Positions 42,101 through 55,408 of a DNA stretch of 64,000 nt are shown one piece after another. The stretch lies in NCBI RefSeq assembly GCF_009914755.1, contig NC_060931.1, one strand, 5' to 3'. Made by a program: the position numbers and the translations under genes. Within the stretch, counting starts at the first letter, position 1, and the number at the start of each line of letters is the position of its first letter. This stretch comes from the human T2T-CHM13v2.0 reference genome, Homo sapiens. The notes beneath the pieces are model-generated. The model had not been told where the DNA came from, ran no database searches, and was given only the letters and a program-made list of their open reading frames with translations.

Positions 42101-43402
42101 ATGTGTTTTTCTCCCATTCTGGAAATCAACATGCAGTCTGAATCTAACATTACAGTGCGAGATGACATTGATGACATCAACACCAATATGTACCAACCAC
42201 TATCATATCCGTTAAGCTTTCAAGTGTCTCTCACCGGATTTCTTATGTTAGAAATTGTGTTGGGACTTGGCAGCAACCTCACTGTATTGGTACTTTACTG
42301 CATGAAATCCAACTTAATCAACTCTGTCAGTAACATTATTACAATGAATCTTCATGTACTTGATGTAATAATTTGTGTGGGATGTATTCCTCTAACTATA
42401 GTTATCCTTCTGCTTTCACTGGAGAGTAACACTGCTCTCATTTGCTGTTTCCATGAGGCTTGTGTATCTTTTGCAAGTGTCTCAACAGCAATCAACGTTT
42501 TTGCTATCACTTTGGACAGATATGACATCTCTGTAAAACCTGCAAACCGAATTCTGACAATGGGCAGAGCTGTAATGTTAATGATATCCATTTGGATTTT
42601 TTCTTTTTTCTCTTTCCTGATTCCTTTTATTGAGGTAAATTTTTTCAGTCTTCAAAGTGGAAATACCTGGGAAAACAAGACACTTTTATGTGTCAGTACA
42701 AATGAATACTACACTGAACTGGGAATGTATTATCACCTGTTAGTACAGATCCCAATATTCTTTTTCACTGTTGTAGTAATGTTAATCACATACACCAAAA
42801 TACTTCAGGCTCTTAATATTCGAATAGGCACAAGATTTTCAACAGGGCAGAAGAAGAAAGCAAGAAAGAAAAAGACAATTTCTCTAACCACACAACATGA
42901 GGCTACAGACATGTCACAAAGCAGTGGTGGGAGAAATGTAGTCTTTGGTGTAAGAACTTCAGTTTCTGTAATAATTGCCCTCCGGCGAGCTGTGAAACGA
43001 CACCGTGAACGACGAGAAAGACAAAAGAGAGTCTTCAGGATGTCTTTATTGATTATTTCTACATTTCTTCTCTGCTGGACACCAATTTCTGTTTTAAATA
43101 CCACCATTTTATGTTTAGGCCCAAGTGACCTTTTAGTAAAATTAAGATTGTGTTTTTTAGTCATGGCTTATGGAACAACTATATTTCACCCTCTATTATA
43201 TGCATTCACTAGACAAAAATTTCAAAAGGTCTTGAAAAGTAAAATGAAAAAGCGAGTTGTTTCTATAGTAGAAGCTGATCCCCTGCCTAATAATGCTGTA
43301 ATACACAACTCTTGGATAGATCCTAAAAGAAACAAAAAAATTACCTTTGAAGATAGTGAAATAAGAGAAAAATGTTTAGTGCCTCAGGTTGTCACAGACT
43401 AG
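42101..43402 (+). CDS. GPR22: G protein-coupled receptor 22 (orphan rhodopsin-like 7TM receptor), 433 aa, intronless CDS
   Basis: Only long ORF in the window. Seven hydrophobic segments with class A motifs: TM1 GSN, TM2 LHVLD, TM3 LDRY, TM4 W, TM6 CWTP, TM7 HPLLY. The N-terminus MCFSPILEINMQSESNITVRDD and C-terminus VPQVVTD are recognised as human GPR22. Confidence 0.98.
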   Translation: MCFSPILEINMQSESNITVRDDIDDINTNMYQPLSYPLSFQVSLTGFLMLEIVLGLGSNLTVLVLYCMKSNLINSVSNIITMNLHVLDVIICVGCIPLTIVILLLSLESNTALICCFHEACVSFASVSTAINVFAITLDRYDISVKPANRILTMGRAVMLMISIWIFSFFSFLIPFIEVNFFSLQSGNTWENKTLLCVSTNEYYTELGMYYHLLVQIPIFFFTVVVMLITYTKILQALNIRIGTRFSTGQKKKARKKKTISLTTQHEATDMSQSSGGRNVVFGVRTSVSVIIALRRAVKRHRERRERQKRVFRMSLLIISTFLLCWTPISVLNTTILCLGPSDLLVKLRLCFLVMAYGTTIFHPLLYAFTRQKFQKVLKSKMKKRVVSIVEADPLPNNAVIHNSWIDPKRNKKITFEDSEIREKCLVPQVVTD

Positions 43403-43676
43403 AGAAAAGTCTCAGTTTCACCAAATCCACATTCAAATGAGTTTTAAATTTAAATTGTAAAAACTGATATTACTGCCAAATATAAGAAAAATATTTTAAG
43501 TATTGGTTATGTTGTAAATTTTCAATGTGAATGTCAATTAGATAGGTCATATATATTCAATTTCTTCATTACTTAATGTATTTGTTGCATGGCAGTTTGT
43601 TAAAGTACTATCATGTGTATATTTTGTCAATATTATGTCCAACAGAAAATATTCATGTAAGTCATATTTTTTAAGG

Positions 43677-43682
43677 AATAAA
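43677..43682 (+). terminator. Proximal polyadenylation signal AATAAA of GPR22
   Basis: First AATAAA after the stop codon (~275 nt downstream), with several upstream TGTA elements. Confidence 0.55.
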
Positions 43683-46434
43683 TACATAGCCTTAAAACAG
43701 TGTATAACTTTAAAATGTAACTGACATAGGTATCCTTGCTTTATTTTTTAAGTTAAAATGCATTGTTTCTAAGCCACAAACTACAGATATATTTAGATTA
43801 CAACTGGAGTAGCATTTTAATCTAAAAACCAAAATTATGGGCTCAAAACAATCCAGTATTTTCCATACCACTATGCTATGTTTCCTGGTATAGTGTATTT
43901 GCTATATTTGATGCATCACAAATAATTAAGTACGTATGAAGCTTTATTCTTTTAAATGTAAAAAATCATAGAATTTATCAAAATTTTAAAATTAATGAAC
44001 CAAAAAAACCTCTGTATACACACCAAAATAGAGAAACTTTAAAATTCATGCTTACTAGGAAAAAAAAGATTGATTTTCTAAGTTCAAGGACAGTATGCCT
44101 ATAATATACAAATGAAATGAAACTAAAGGGAAGGAAGAATACTAAAACACCAGCCTCTTTCTTCCTTCCTCACTTTGCTTAAGTCTAAGCCAAATGCTCT
44201 GGATTAATATAGTGCAATGATTTTAAAAAAAAAAAAAAAAAAAAAAAGAACAGTACATCAAAATAAGCTGACTTCCTAACTTTATTCAACTCAGCTCTTT
44301 TGTATAATAGAAAGTTAACTACCCAAATCTGAATACCAGGAATGAAAAAAAAAAGACTTTAAATCATTATAGAAAAGTCTAACAAAGCCTCTAATATTAG
44401 ATACATACAACTTTAGGGTAATACACTTTATACAATGTTCCCACCAAATCATAGCTCCCAAGTAATTCAAAATGAGTTGTTTTATTTCCACACTGAAATC
44501 ACTAAGGTAACAATAAGTCTTGTCACTTTTCTACCGTACCATCACTTAATTTAACTTTAGGCATTTTTCTCTCCCACCCTCAATTCATGTGGGAAAATCA
44601 TGAAATTACTAACCCTAACTACAGATTACAAGAATTGGGAACCTCATATCAAACAAATATTTTCCAATTGTTATAATGTAATAATCTATCGATAAGTGTC
44701 AATATCACTATCAGAAATTTAGCAATAAGTTATTTAAAATAGGAAAATACTGCATTGTAATTGGTCAGCTGAACAACTTTTATTCTATTTTCTGAAACTG
44801 TATCCACTAAACCAAGTAGCAATTCATTTTTAAAGAAAATATTAAATGTCTAAAAATTCAATAATATATCACTTTTATATAAATAAATGAGATTTATCCA
44901 GTCTAGTTTACTGAATACCCTAATCCTTGGAGAAATGAATACCATGCAGTAGCTTGAACTCACTAAGGTTACATGACAAATTAAATAGTAATTTACTTCT
45001 GATAATAATGTTAACATAATGTCAAATCTTGGCAAAAGCCCAATTTCCTTCTGTCTTATTTTCTACTGTTTTTTGGAATTTAAAAAAATGCTTCAATTTG
45101 ACAAAATGTAGCATAAGCAAGTAAGATATTTTTTGAAACCCCAAAGAGAAATTAACACTTCAGGCACAAAAGGATTAAGAAAATTTTCGTTTAGTAAATA
45201 CATTTGGCACAGACCAGCTCCTAATCTTCTTTTATTTTTTACCCCAGGAAATAAAACAAGCTCATTAATATCTTCATTTAAGAATTTAAAAAATGAATTT
45301 TATAATTGGACTCCCAAGCATAAATTAAAATTTTAATATCTAGTTTTATAATCTCAATAAAAATTAGACTATTTTTAGAACCTTCATATTAAGAAAAACT
45401 CCCTTGTGTTTTAAATATTTTTACTCTTCAGGTTTATAACTATGCCAAAGAACTCAGTATAAAAAAGAGATTTCTAATATATTTGTCTAAACTGCTTTCA
45501 TGCCTTCTTGTCCTCTGTAATAAGAAATTAAATAAGAAATAAATGGTAAATATTATATTGCCCTTTAAACTGCTATCATTTCTATACTTGACACTGAAGC
45601 AGACATTTAACAAGCATTGTTGACCATCCGTAATGATCTTTCAGGTATACAAAAGTGCATCAACTGATTTACGACAAAGAAAACTCATACCTATCAGAAA
45701 ACTTCTAACAGCTTTTTAATGTGCTAAGTAGTATATAATATGTAAACCAAAATAATATGTGTTAAAAATTTAGCTTCAAGAACAAGTCACAACTATGTTT
45801 CCAACTACTGACCTCAGCTTAAATGTGAGAATGAGAAGCTTAGACAACTTTTTGTATTAAACATCTGTTCTATGAAAAGACGAAATATTTCTATTTTCTT
45901 TACGTTGGTCTTCATTACAATGTGTGAATTTTTCACTTTATTTCAAATAATTTTGCTCAAAAAAGCATTAAGGCTAATTCTTCCTGTTAGAATGAAAAAA
46001 TTAAAAATGCAAAAGCAATAGAGGCAACAATAAACTCAATATGGGACCTTTCTTCAGACTAAATTTTTCTATCCATATATCATAAATCATAGGCATAGAT
46101 ATCAATTTCTACATAGTTAATTGGGTCAGTTCTTCCAAAGGATAAGAAGCCCTTAGTAGCCCTTAGTAGGGCTTATTCCGCATAGTATTTTAAATACCAA
46201 CCAAAGATGAGCTCAACAAGATGTGGTAAATTTTATTTGCTTTGTTTTGTGTGTTAATTTAAGGGAGCTGTTACTCTACCAACTACTACTGAACAAATGT
46301 TCAAACTTATTGTGAAGGTAGAATTATTTATAATTATATGTCTTTTAAAAGGGCCATTCATGATAATTCTGTACTTCTGACCCAAGTCAATTTTTAGTTG
46401 TATGTTCTATTCTTTCATCCTTTAACTAAAATAA

Positions 46435-46799
46435 CAGTAGTCTCCCCTTATCCATGGTTTTACCTGCTGCAGTTTCAGTTACCCATGGTCAGTTAGCATG
46501 GTCAACTCTGTGGTCCAAAAATATTAAATGGAAAATTCCAGAAATAAACAATTTATAAGTTTTAAATTGTTATATTTAAACTTATTTATAAATTTATGTA
46601 TAATTGTACTACTTTATTATTAGTTGTTGTTATAGCCTACTGTGCCTAATATATGAATTAAACTTTATCATAGTTATGTATGTATAGGAAAAAAACATAG
46701 TACATGATATACTATATATAGGGTTCAATACTATCCATAGTTTCAGACATCCTCTGGTGGTCTTGGGATGTATACCTGAAGATAAGGGGGGAACAAATG
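46435..46799 (+). mobile_element. MER44-like (Tigger7-derived) MITE
   Basis: TIRs cagtagtctccccttatcc ... gataaggggggaac, internal aatattaaatggaaaattccagaaataaacaa. Confidence 0.85.
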
Positions 46800-49700
46800 T
46801 GTAGCAAAATCTCAGTTCCTTGGGCATTAAAAACCAGATTCCTCATTGAACTGAAATTAGACTTAAGGGTCAAAAAATCTAAAATCATTAGAAAACAGGA
46901 CCTTAGTAGGGCTTATTCCACATAGTATTTCAAGGCTACCTCCCAAAGTCAATAAAACTTTTAATTTTATTGCATTTCATGATTACACAATTAAGTAAGC
47001 TTTGTGATTCAATTAGCATTTAAAATCTTACAGAAAAGAGGCATTTTGGCAGATACTTTGAATTATATGAAAGAGTCATTACCCTCAAGAGCTTAAAATC
47101 TAGAGTCAAGGTATTAAAAAGTATGGCATTACCTAAAATCAGAGGTAGATGTGGTAAATACTATAAAAGAAGAATAAAGTTCTTAATAGACTTTAGAAGA
47201 AAGGGATCATGTTGAATTTAAGAACAGTAAAAAGAAAAACATTGCTGAATAAAGCTGCTGCAGCATATTCTGGAAGAGCAAATTGTTCTTTGGAAGAAAG
47301 GTAATACAGTAGCGAGAAGTTATCTAGAAAGTTAAATTTGGGTCATAAGACAGAAAGCCTTCTATCTTATGCTAGAAGAGGTATCTGAGCAGGGGAATTA
47401 CAAGGTGAAAAAATGAGCTTCAAAAAAACAAATAAAGCAGCAATACACAGAATTGATGAGACACAGAAGATAGGAAGCTGCTGCCATCACCTTCATAGCT
47501 AGTGAAAGGCCTGGCAAAAAGTGATGGCACTAGCTTGACAAGGGAGTGTACAGATGTGACAGGCAACGTGAAGGCAGAGTCAATATTTACTAACTAGCTA
47601 GGAAAGAAAACTGGCATAAGAGACTGAAGAATTAAAAATGATGACCATAAGGAAGACCATAAGAAACAGATTACCCGCAATACTCAAATAACTATTTAAT
47701 TATGCTTTGCATAAATTACATTGATAACACAGGCAAAAACAAAAAGAATATCTGGCAAGGCGGAAAACTCAATGAAGTAAAATAACATTAAATAATGTTC
47801 TAGTTATTAGAAGCTATTCAGAATGAAAATTTCGAATTGACGTTTTAAATTATCTATTTTATATATTTTTCAATTGGTTCATTCCATTTTTCCATTAAAC
47901 ACATATTTTCTAACAACTATTTTAACTATAAAAATACACAGTGAGAAAATACCAATGTATATGAAGTGAAACACACAAATGTCATCCTTTGCTTTTTTCC
48001 CTGAATAACTTATTATGGGCATCCATCCAACTCTTTATAAACATATCGTCCTCATTCTTTGTTAATGGCTACATAAAAACAGTTTTTAATTAAAATGTTT
48101 TAAAATAGCAACATTTCTAAAGGATAATAGTAATGAAAGGGCAAATAAAGCTTTTTCTGTCCATTTAAGTGGCTTCAAACTGTATTTCAAAATCATGTTA
48201 GAAAATTCACATTTTCAGTTTCAATTAAAAATTAAAATTTTTAATAGCCAAGTTACCTTTGGCAACTGAGAAGGTTATATTTCAGAATGACGGCAAGAAG
48301 CAATGGGAAAACCATAAAATAATGTATTTCTTTTATCCTTTTCACTAAATAAGATGAGAAATAAGAAAACTAAAGTAAACTTTGACCAACTATTTTCTTT
48401 GTATCTCAGATGAGCACTTGTATGTACTCATGAATGTAAGCCCCCACTCAGGGACTGCAGTGAACTCTAAGAAAGTTAAAAATGAGTTGACCAATAATAA
48501 ATGTTAGAAATTTTAAAAGTTCAGATCATATCGTAAAAGAGAAAGTAAGGAGATAAAAGAACCCAGATGAGGCTGGAAAAAGACCTAAAATATTCAAAGA
48601 TGCTAAGCTCTTAGAGAAATACGAATAGAATACAGAATTGTAGGTTAGAGCTCACAAAAGAAAACTAATTTGAAGATTGACTTTTTTCTAAAAAGCATTC
48701 GAAAAAGCAAAAGACACCCCCATTGACAGGCTGCACATACTAGAAATATAACAACAAACAATGCATCATAACAAGCAGAATAAATATTAAATATTACAAT
48801 TTACAGATATTTAGAACAAAATGGCATTGAAATGTGGAAACAAATGGAAAAGTGGGCTTACCACTAATACAAAAGCCATAACTTTTAAGAAATACTCATT
48901 TTTTTCAGGACAAAAAGAGCCAAGTGAACGTAATCACAATAATATTTCTTCCCTTGCTCATATTAAAACAACATGTGAAAATAATCCTACGTGTCTCTCC
49001 CATTCTATTCATACATTTTCTACAGGCCTCCATAAGCTGTATCCATGGCTTTCAAATATGACAGCTTTGTACTTGCACCAGCAAGTGGTAAAATGTGCTG
49101 TCATTCCTGTCACTGACACCAATATCAACTCCCTGCCACTATCAAACCCCGAAGCATCAAGTAAGATAAGGGAGGTGAGCTAAGTCTGTCTGGGATTGAG
49201 GTCATTTTCATCACCCTGCTTCCATGAGAGCAATATGTCATATTTTTCTCAGAGGTATTAAGCAAGGCAGACTACCAAAGCACATCAACCAATTTCTCAG
49301 GATGAAGAGAGAAAGTGGCTAGCGAGGATGACAAGGTTATGGGGAAACTGCTTTTCCCTCAGACAGCTGTGGACACATAATACTCATAAGATTTGAAAAA
49401 TTAAAATTTAAATTTAATATAAAATTTTAAAATATTAATGCTAACAAATGAGAGCACTGGCCATATTAAACGTAGACTGTAGGAGTGAGAAATACATATG
49501 GGACTGTAGTGAGGTAATAATTATATATTAACATATTTATACTTCAATCAGCCAGTAATATTACACACAATCCCATACGTCATATACTATAAACTGAGTA
49601 CACTGGTTGGGTATACTGCATATTGATTGGGTAAAGAAGAATCAAAGATATATATTTCATCCAAAATATTGCTAATGCCTTAGGACAGGTTGAAATATAA

Positions 49701-50044
49701 AATATCAAATTTACATACTCTGTACTTTAAAAGTCTCACTCTCAATTCTTAAAAAGCTTTGTCTTTTCTTTTGCTGTTAAATTTTTTCCAACTATCACTT
49801 CTTATAAACAACAAAATGCTAGCAAACTGTAGCTACCTACTTTATAAAAACTGTCTTAAATGCACACAATACAATAACAGTTGGTAATACTAATGTACTT
49901 TCGCACTACTTTTATAATACCTTTATACTGCTTTTATAATGCCTCCCAAAAAAGTACCTGATACATACTGACTGGTAAGTAAATATTAGTGGAATTGAAA
50001 ACAAATTTTTAACCTCAGACCCTATTGTTGTATCTTGTTTAGAA

Positions 50045-50546
<502 letters not shown>

Positions 50547-51417
50547 TTAGATATCAGAAGACAGACTATGTATCAAGGTGATATTCAGGTAATAAATGAA
50601 AAGGCACAGAAGCAGCTCTTAATTCAGACTGTACTGCCTTCTTGAAAAAAAACTCCTCCATTTACTTCATTTTAACTGATTAAATTTTAGTTGGATTATA
50701 TATACTATAATCCAGTACTACATTAGATTTCTAAGAAATATAATGTTGTTTCTTTAAACAAGGTTATCTAGACAAAAGTTTCCTTTAAAAACCATATACT
50801 CTCAGAAGATAAAATGCTATCAAACACAAAACATTCACCATAAACTGTTATGTACTTCACTCAACCATACTACTCAATTAATTATAAAATTGCATGGCTA
50901 CTATTTTTCATAAAATTCTTACTCAAACCAGAAGTACTATTCTTGCACATTTTTGTTCATTTCACTATAAAACTTCCGCTAAAACATAACTGACATAAAA
51001 GAATTACTTCTAAAATAAACTTGCAGTGAAAATACTTACAAATTGTATTTTGTATGTTTTGAAGAAATGCCATTCAGGTTAGGTAGAGGTTTGAATCAAA
51101 CATTTTTCTTTTGCTGTTATTATTTACTTTGTACCATTAATGCAATTTAGTAAACAGCAACCTAATCTTTGATAATTTTATGACATCCTTTAAATTCCTA
51201 TTCTGTATTATAATAGTTTAGGTAACACTGATACTTGATAAATGCCGCAAATGGTATTACGGAAACACTACTCTAGGAACATTTCTTATTAACCCTTTCA
51301 CTAAGAACTTTTTCCAACCACATCGATATTATCTTTTGTTATTACTTTTGGTTTTTAGTATTTTCATTGATTTAATCATGAAACTAACCTATCACAACTT
51401 ATTGAAAATGAGCATTA

Positions 51418-51778
<361 letters not shown>

Positions 51779-52123
51779 TCAATAATTCAGGTGACTGAAT
51801 ATGGCCACGTTATAGAAAAATATTTGCCAAGTAATATATTCCAGATAAACAGTGGCTTTAGTATAGGGTTTCCTAGAGTCTCATAAAGTACCCTAAATCA
51901 GATGCAAAATGTCACGGGTATGGTTATACATTTTTTTTTTTTCCTAGAACAAAGATTCACAAATTCAGTAAGATCCTCCAAAGAGTATGTAATCCAAAAC
52001 TAAAATAAAAATCATCATCAGTGTTAGGAAGAAAGCAGGGAAGCAAAACTGGTAAATGTTAGATATAATTTTATTTATATATATCCTCCCTTATCCTAAA
52101 GATAATATAAAATAACTTTAGCA

Positions 52124-52255
52124 TTTTATTTTTCTTTTTTGAGACAAGGTCTCACTAGGTTGCCCAGGCTGGCCTTGTACTCCTGGGTTCAAGCAATCCT
52201 CCCTGCTCAGCCTCTCGAGTGGCTGGGGTGACAGGCGTGCACCAACGCTACCAGC
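52124..52255 (-). mobile_element. Alu monomer (FLAM-like)
   Basis: Single arm, reverse orientation. Confidence 0.85.
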
Positions 52256-55200
52256 AAGATGACTTTAAGAATTTTAGACACAACTGAACTAAATGAAAAA
52301 ATAATAAAATCAGAGCAAACAGCATGAAAAGAATGAAACAATACTTGTATCATTAAGTCCTGTATTCTTACAAGAGGTGAGCCACAAATTGCTCCTTATG
52401 ATTTCTTTTTAATTTTTATTTTAGGCTCTTTCTTTGAATTCTACATACTTTCTACTAGGTCATTTAAACAGGGAAAAGGAGCTGATTACATGTCTCAGCA
52501 TTGGTAAGATTAAAAACTCCCTAGATGCTCAGTAGAAGTACAAACTATTGGTACTAAGACCAGAGAGCAGTGACTCTCATGGGCCTTACCATGTCTCTAT
52601 GGGTCTTCTCAATGTTTTCCACAACTATATATTCCACAACTATATACACTTAATGATACCTTAAGTCTCACATGGTTGTTTCTTATATCCCTCAATGTAT
52701 AACACTGGCCACAACAACCTTATAGAAAAGGCAACAAGAAGTCTCACATAGCTAATGATTATAGTTTTCCTCAATGTACAATAATAACATCAAACTAAAG
52801 TGAAATTAAGTAAAAAGAATTAGATGGGAATGGTTGTCTAGGTATAAAACCCTCTGCAACTCTGGTTTAATCCAGGGATAGATTCTTGAATGTTAAAACA
52901 GTGGATTTGAATCATTTCGTAACACACCTAAGAGGTCAATCAGACTGTGTAGAAAGAGGAGGGTAGTACCTCCAACTGAAAAGAAGACAAGTGTCTTAAA
53001 AACAAAAATGGCCTCTAGGTTTTCTAGTACAGTTACCTTCTCCTTCCCTTACCCCACGACCTTCAGAGATTCACTAATTAAGAGAAATGGAGCATGGACT
53101 GATAACCTTCAGAAATACCTTCCATAAATATTCTCTCTCAACAAAATTAGGGAAAATAATTGACAGAGAAATGGTTAAGTGCAGAACAAAAACTTGAATA
53201 GCCACCAGAGCTGAAGCGAAGACTAAAATCTCGAGAATGCCACTCTGTTTTGTGCAGAGGTTGCTGTTACCAAATTCTGAAATAAGCTAAAGAACTGAAC
53301 TTTCATTAACTAATTTTAAGAAAAGTCTACTTTGCCTGAAATTTCTGATCCTCAAAACTGATGATTTGATTCAAAGATACAGTTAGAGCATACAATAAGA
53401 GCTAACTGTGTTCTGAACTACATGATAAAAGACACTACACAAATGTTTTATCACCATTGTCAAATACAAGAAATAAGACAATTTTAAATACAATTATTCT
53501 TCTATGGGTACTATTTATATTAACACATATGCTTACCAATTTTACAATGTAACTAGCTTCTCAAACTACATAAATGTTTCTAAAAACTTAGTGAATAACA
53601 TGTCACAGAATCTAGTGACACAAATACACCAGACTAAATTGTCTGACAACAGTAATCATAAATCCCAGTTACTATAGTATACAAGTCTTTTATCTTGTAA
53701 GCACTGAAAAAAATTATAAAAGCACTTTTAAAGGGTCCATTATGATAGCACTTAGCCCTCACTTAATGCCAAATTTGAACATTTCATAAAACATTGGGGT
53801 TGTACTTGCTTACAGAAGCAGAGGAGATAAGATAAATATGCCAACATCAATGTCACAAAGCAAAATATCATAAGAATATAAGTAAAGAGCAATTGGGCTC
53901 AAAGGAAAAGGAGGCACATGTACCTGGAAAAGCTGTAGAAAACAAATGGCACTGGAAATGAACTCCGAATGAGGGATGAGACTGGCTGATGGCATCAGGG
54001 CAAGGACAGCATATTAGGCAGAGGCACAAACTTGGGCAATTATACAGAAGCAAGAAAAGCAAGTCTCCAGGGAACAATTCACTTTGACACTAGTATACTC
54101 CACACTCTATGAATGTAGAAACAGACAGAGATAAAGCTGAAAAATAGGTTATATTCGTGTTTGCCAGGCCAAAAAAAAATTATAATTTAATCCCAAAGCC
54201 TAGAGAAAGTCTTTCTAGACTTACCAGTATGGAAGTGTATGGTGAAAAACATACATTTTCACTTTCTATTTCCATCATCATAGTTTACGCCCTCAATATC
54301 CTAGACCACTGTGAGGTGAAGAAATCAAGTCAGAGGCTAGCAATCTCTCACAATTTCCATTTCCATTTACCTAAAATACAATTCTGCTCATTTTCAACCC
54401 CTGATCACAAATCTTCAACCAGATACATCACCGAGACTTAAAATACAACATAATATATAACAGAAAACAATTCAAATCCAGATATTGCAGCAATGTCTTC
54501 ATATTTTTCAAATGTAGAATTAAGATGCCTTACAAATTACTCAAAGACACAGTCTTGGAAAAAAAATGCCAGTGGAAAATGCGTACGTCCAATTATATTT
54601 TCCTATTAAAAACTATAAAAAAGAAAACACTAAAAAAATCTAGCTGTAAATAGTAATAAGTGAATAATAACTAAAATGCAACAAAAACCATAATCCCAGG
54701 ATTTAAAAAAGGAAAATAGACAAACAACTGAACTGCAATAGAAAGTCCATACAAGACTCAAGCAAATGTAAGAATTTATTATGAAAAATAAGATACTTCA
54801 AATCTGTGGTGAAGTGATGGATTATTCATTAAGTAGTGTTGGAAAAGTAACTAAACAATGGAAAAACAGGGTTTAATGCTTAACCATTCCCAAAGACAGT
54901 GAGTTGTACAACTCCAGGAGGCACAGTTCACATTATAGTCTATGTGACAGTAAATGGTACTGCCTAGAGTTGTGAGATGTGGTTGCTATGTGCCTAAGTT
55001 ATACCAAAAAAATAGCAGATAGATAAAAGTAAAATCATAAAAATATCCAAGAATATGGAGGTGAATATTTTTGTAATATTGTGGTGAGGAACCAAATAAA
55101 TCCATTATTAAGTAAAATATTAACAAGTATAATTATAAAACTTCTAAAATTAAACCTAAAACATCAAAGAATAAACTGGGAAACACATTTACAACCTATG

Positions 55201-55408
55201 TAGTAAAGCAAATTTACCTCTACTGTATAAAAAATAGTTACAAACCAACATGGCAAAAGGAAAATAGGCAAAGAATACAAACAGGTAACTCATCAATGAA
55301 AAAGAATGACAAACACAAAACTGTTCAACCACATACAGCAAAAACAAATCCAAATTAGAATAAATTTTAAAACTAATATACCAATGTTCATATGTGCTTG
55401 GCAAACAA

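Noticed and set aside
42352-43164. Antisense ORFs of 79 and 119 aa
   Set aside because: Shadow frames of the GPR22 CDS, with no independent signals.
46151-46930. 30-bp repeat pair (and the 66-bp tandem at 5521) as CRISPR-like arrays
   Set aside because: Only two copies, no regular spacers, no cas genes, mammalian DNA.
48821-49183. 120-aa ORF downstream of GPR22
   Set aside because: No recognisable domain or splice/promoter context. The region reads better as regulatory sequence.
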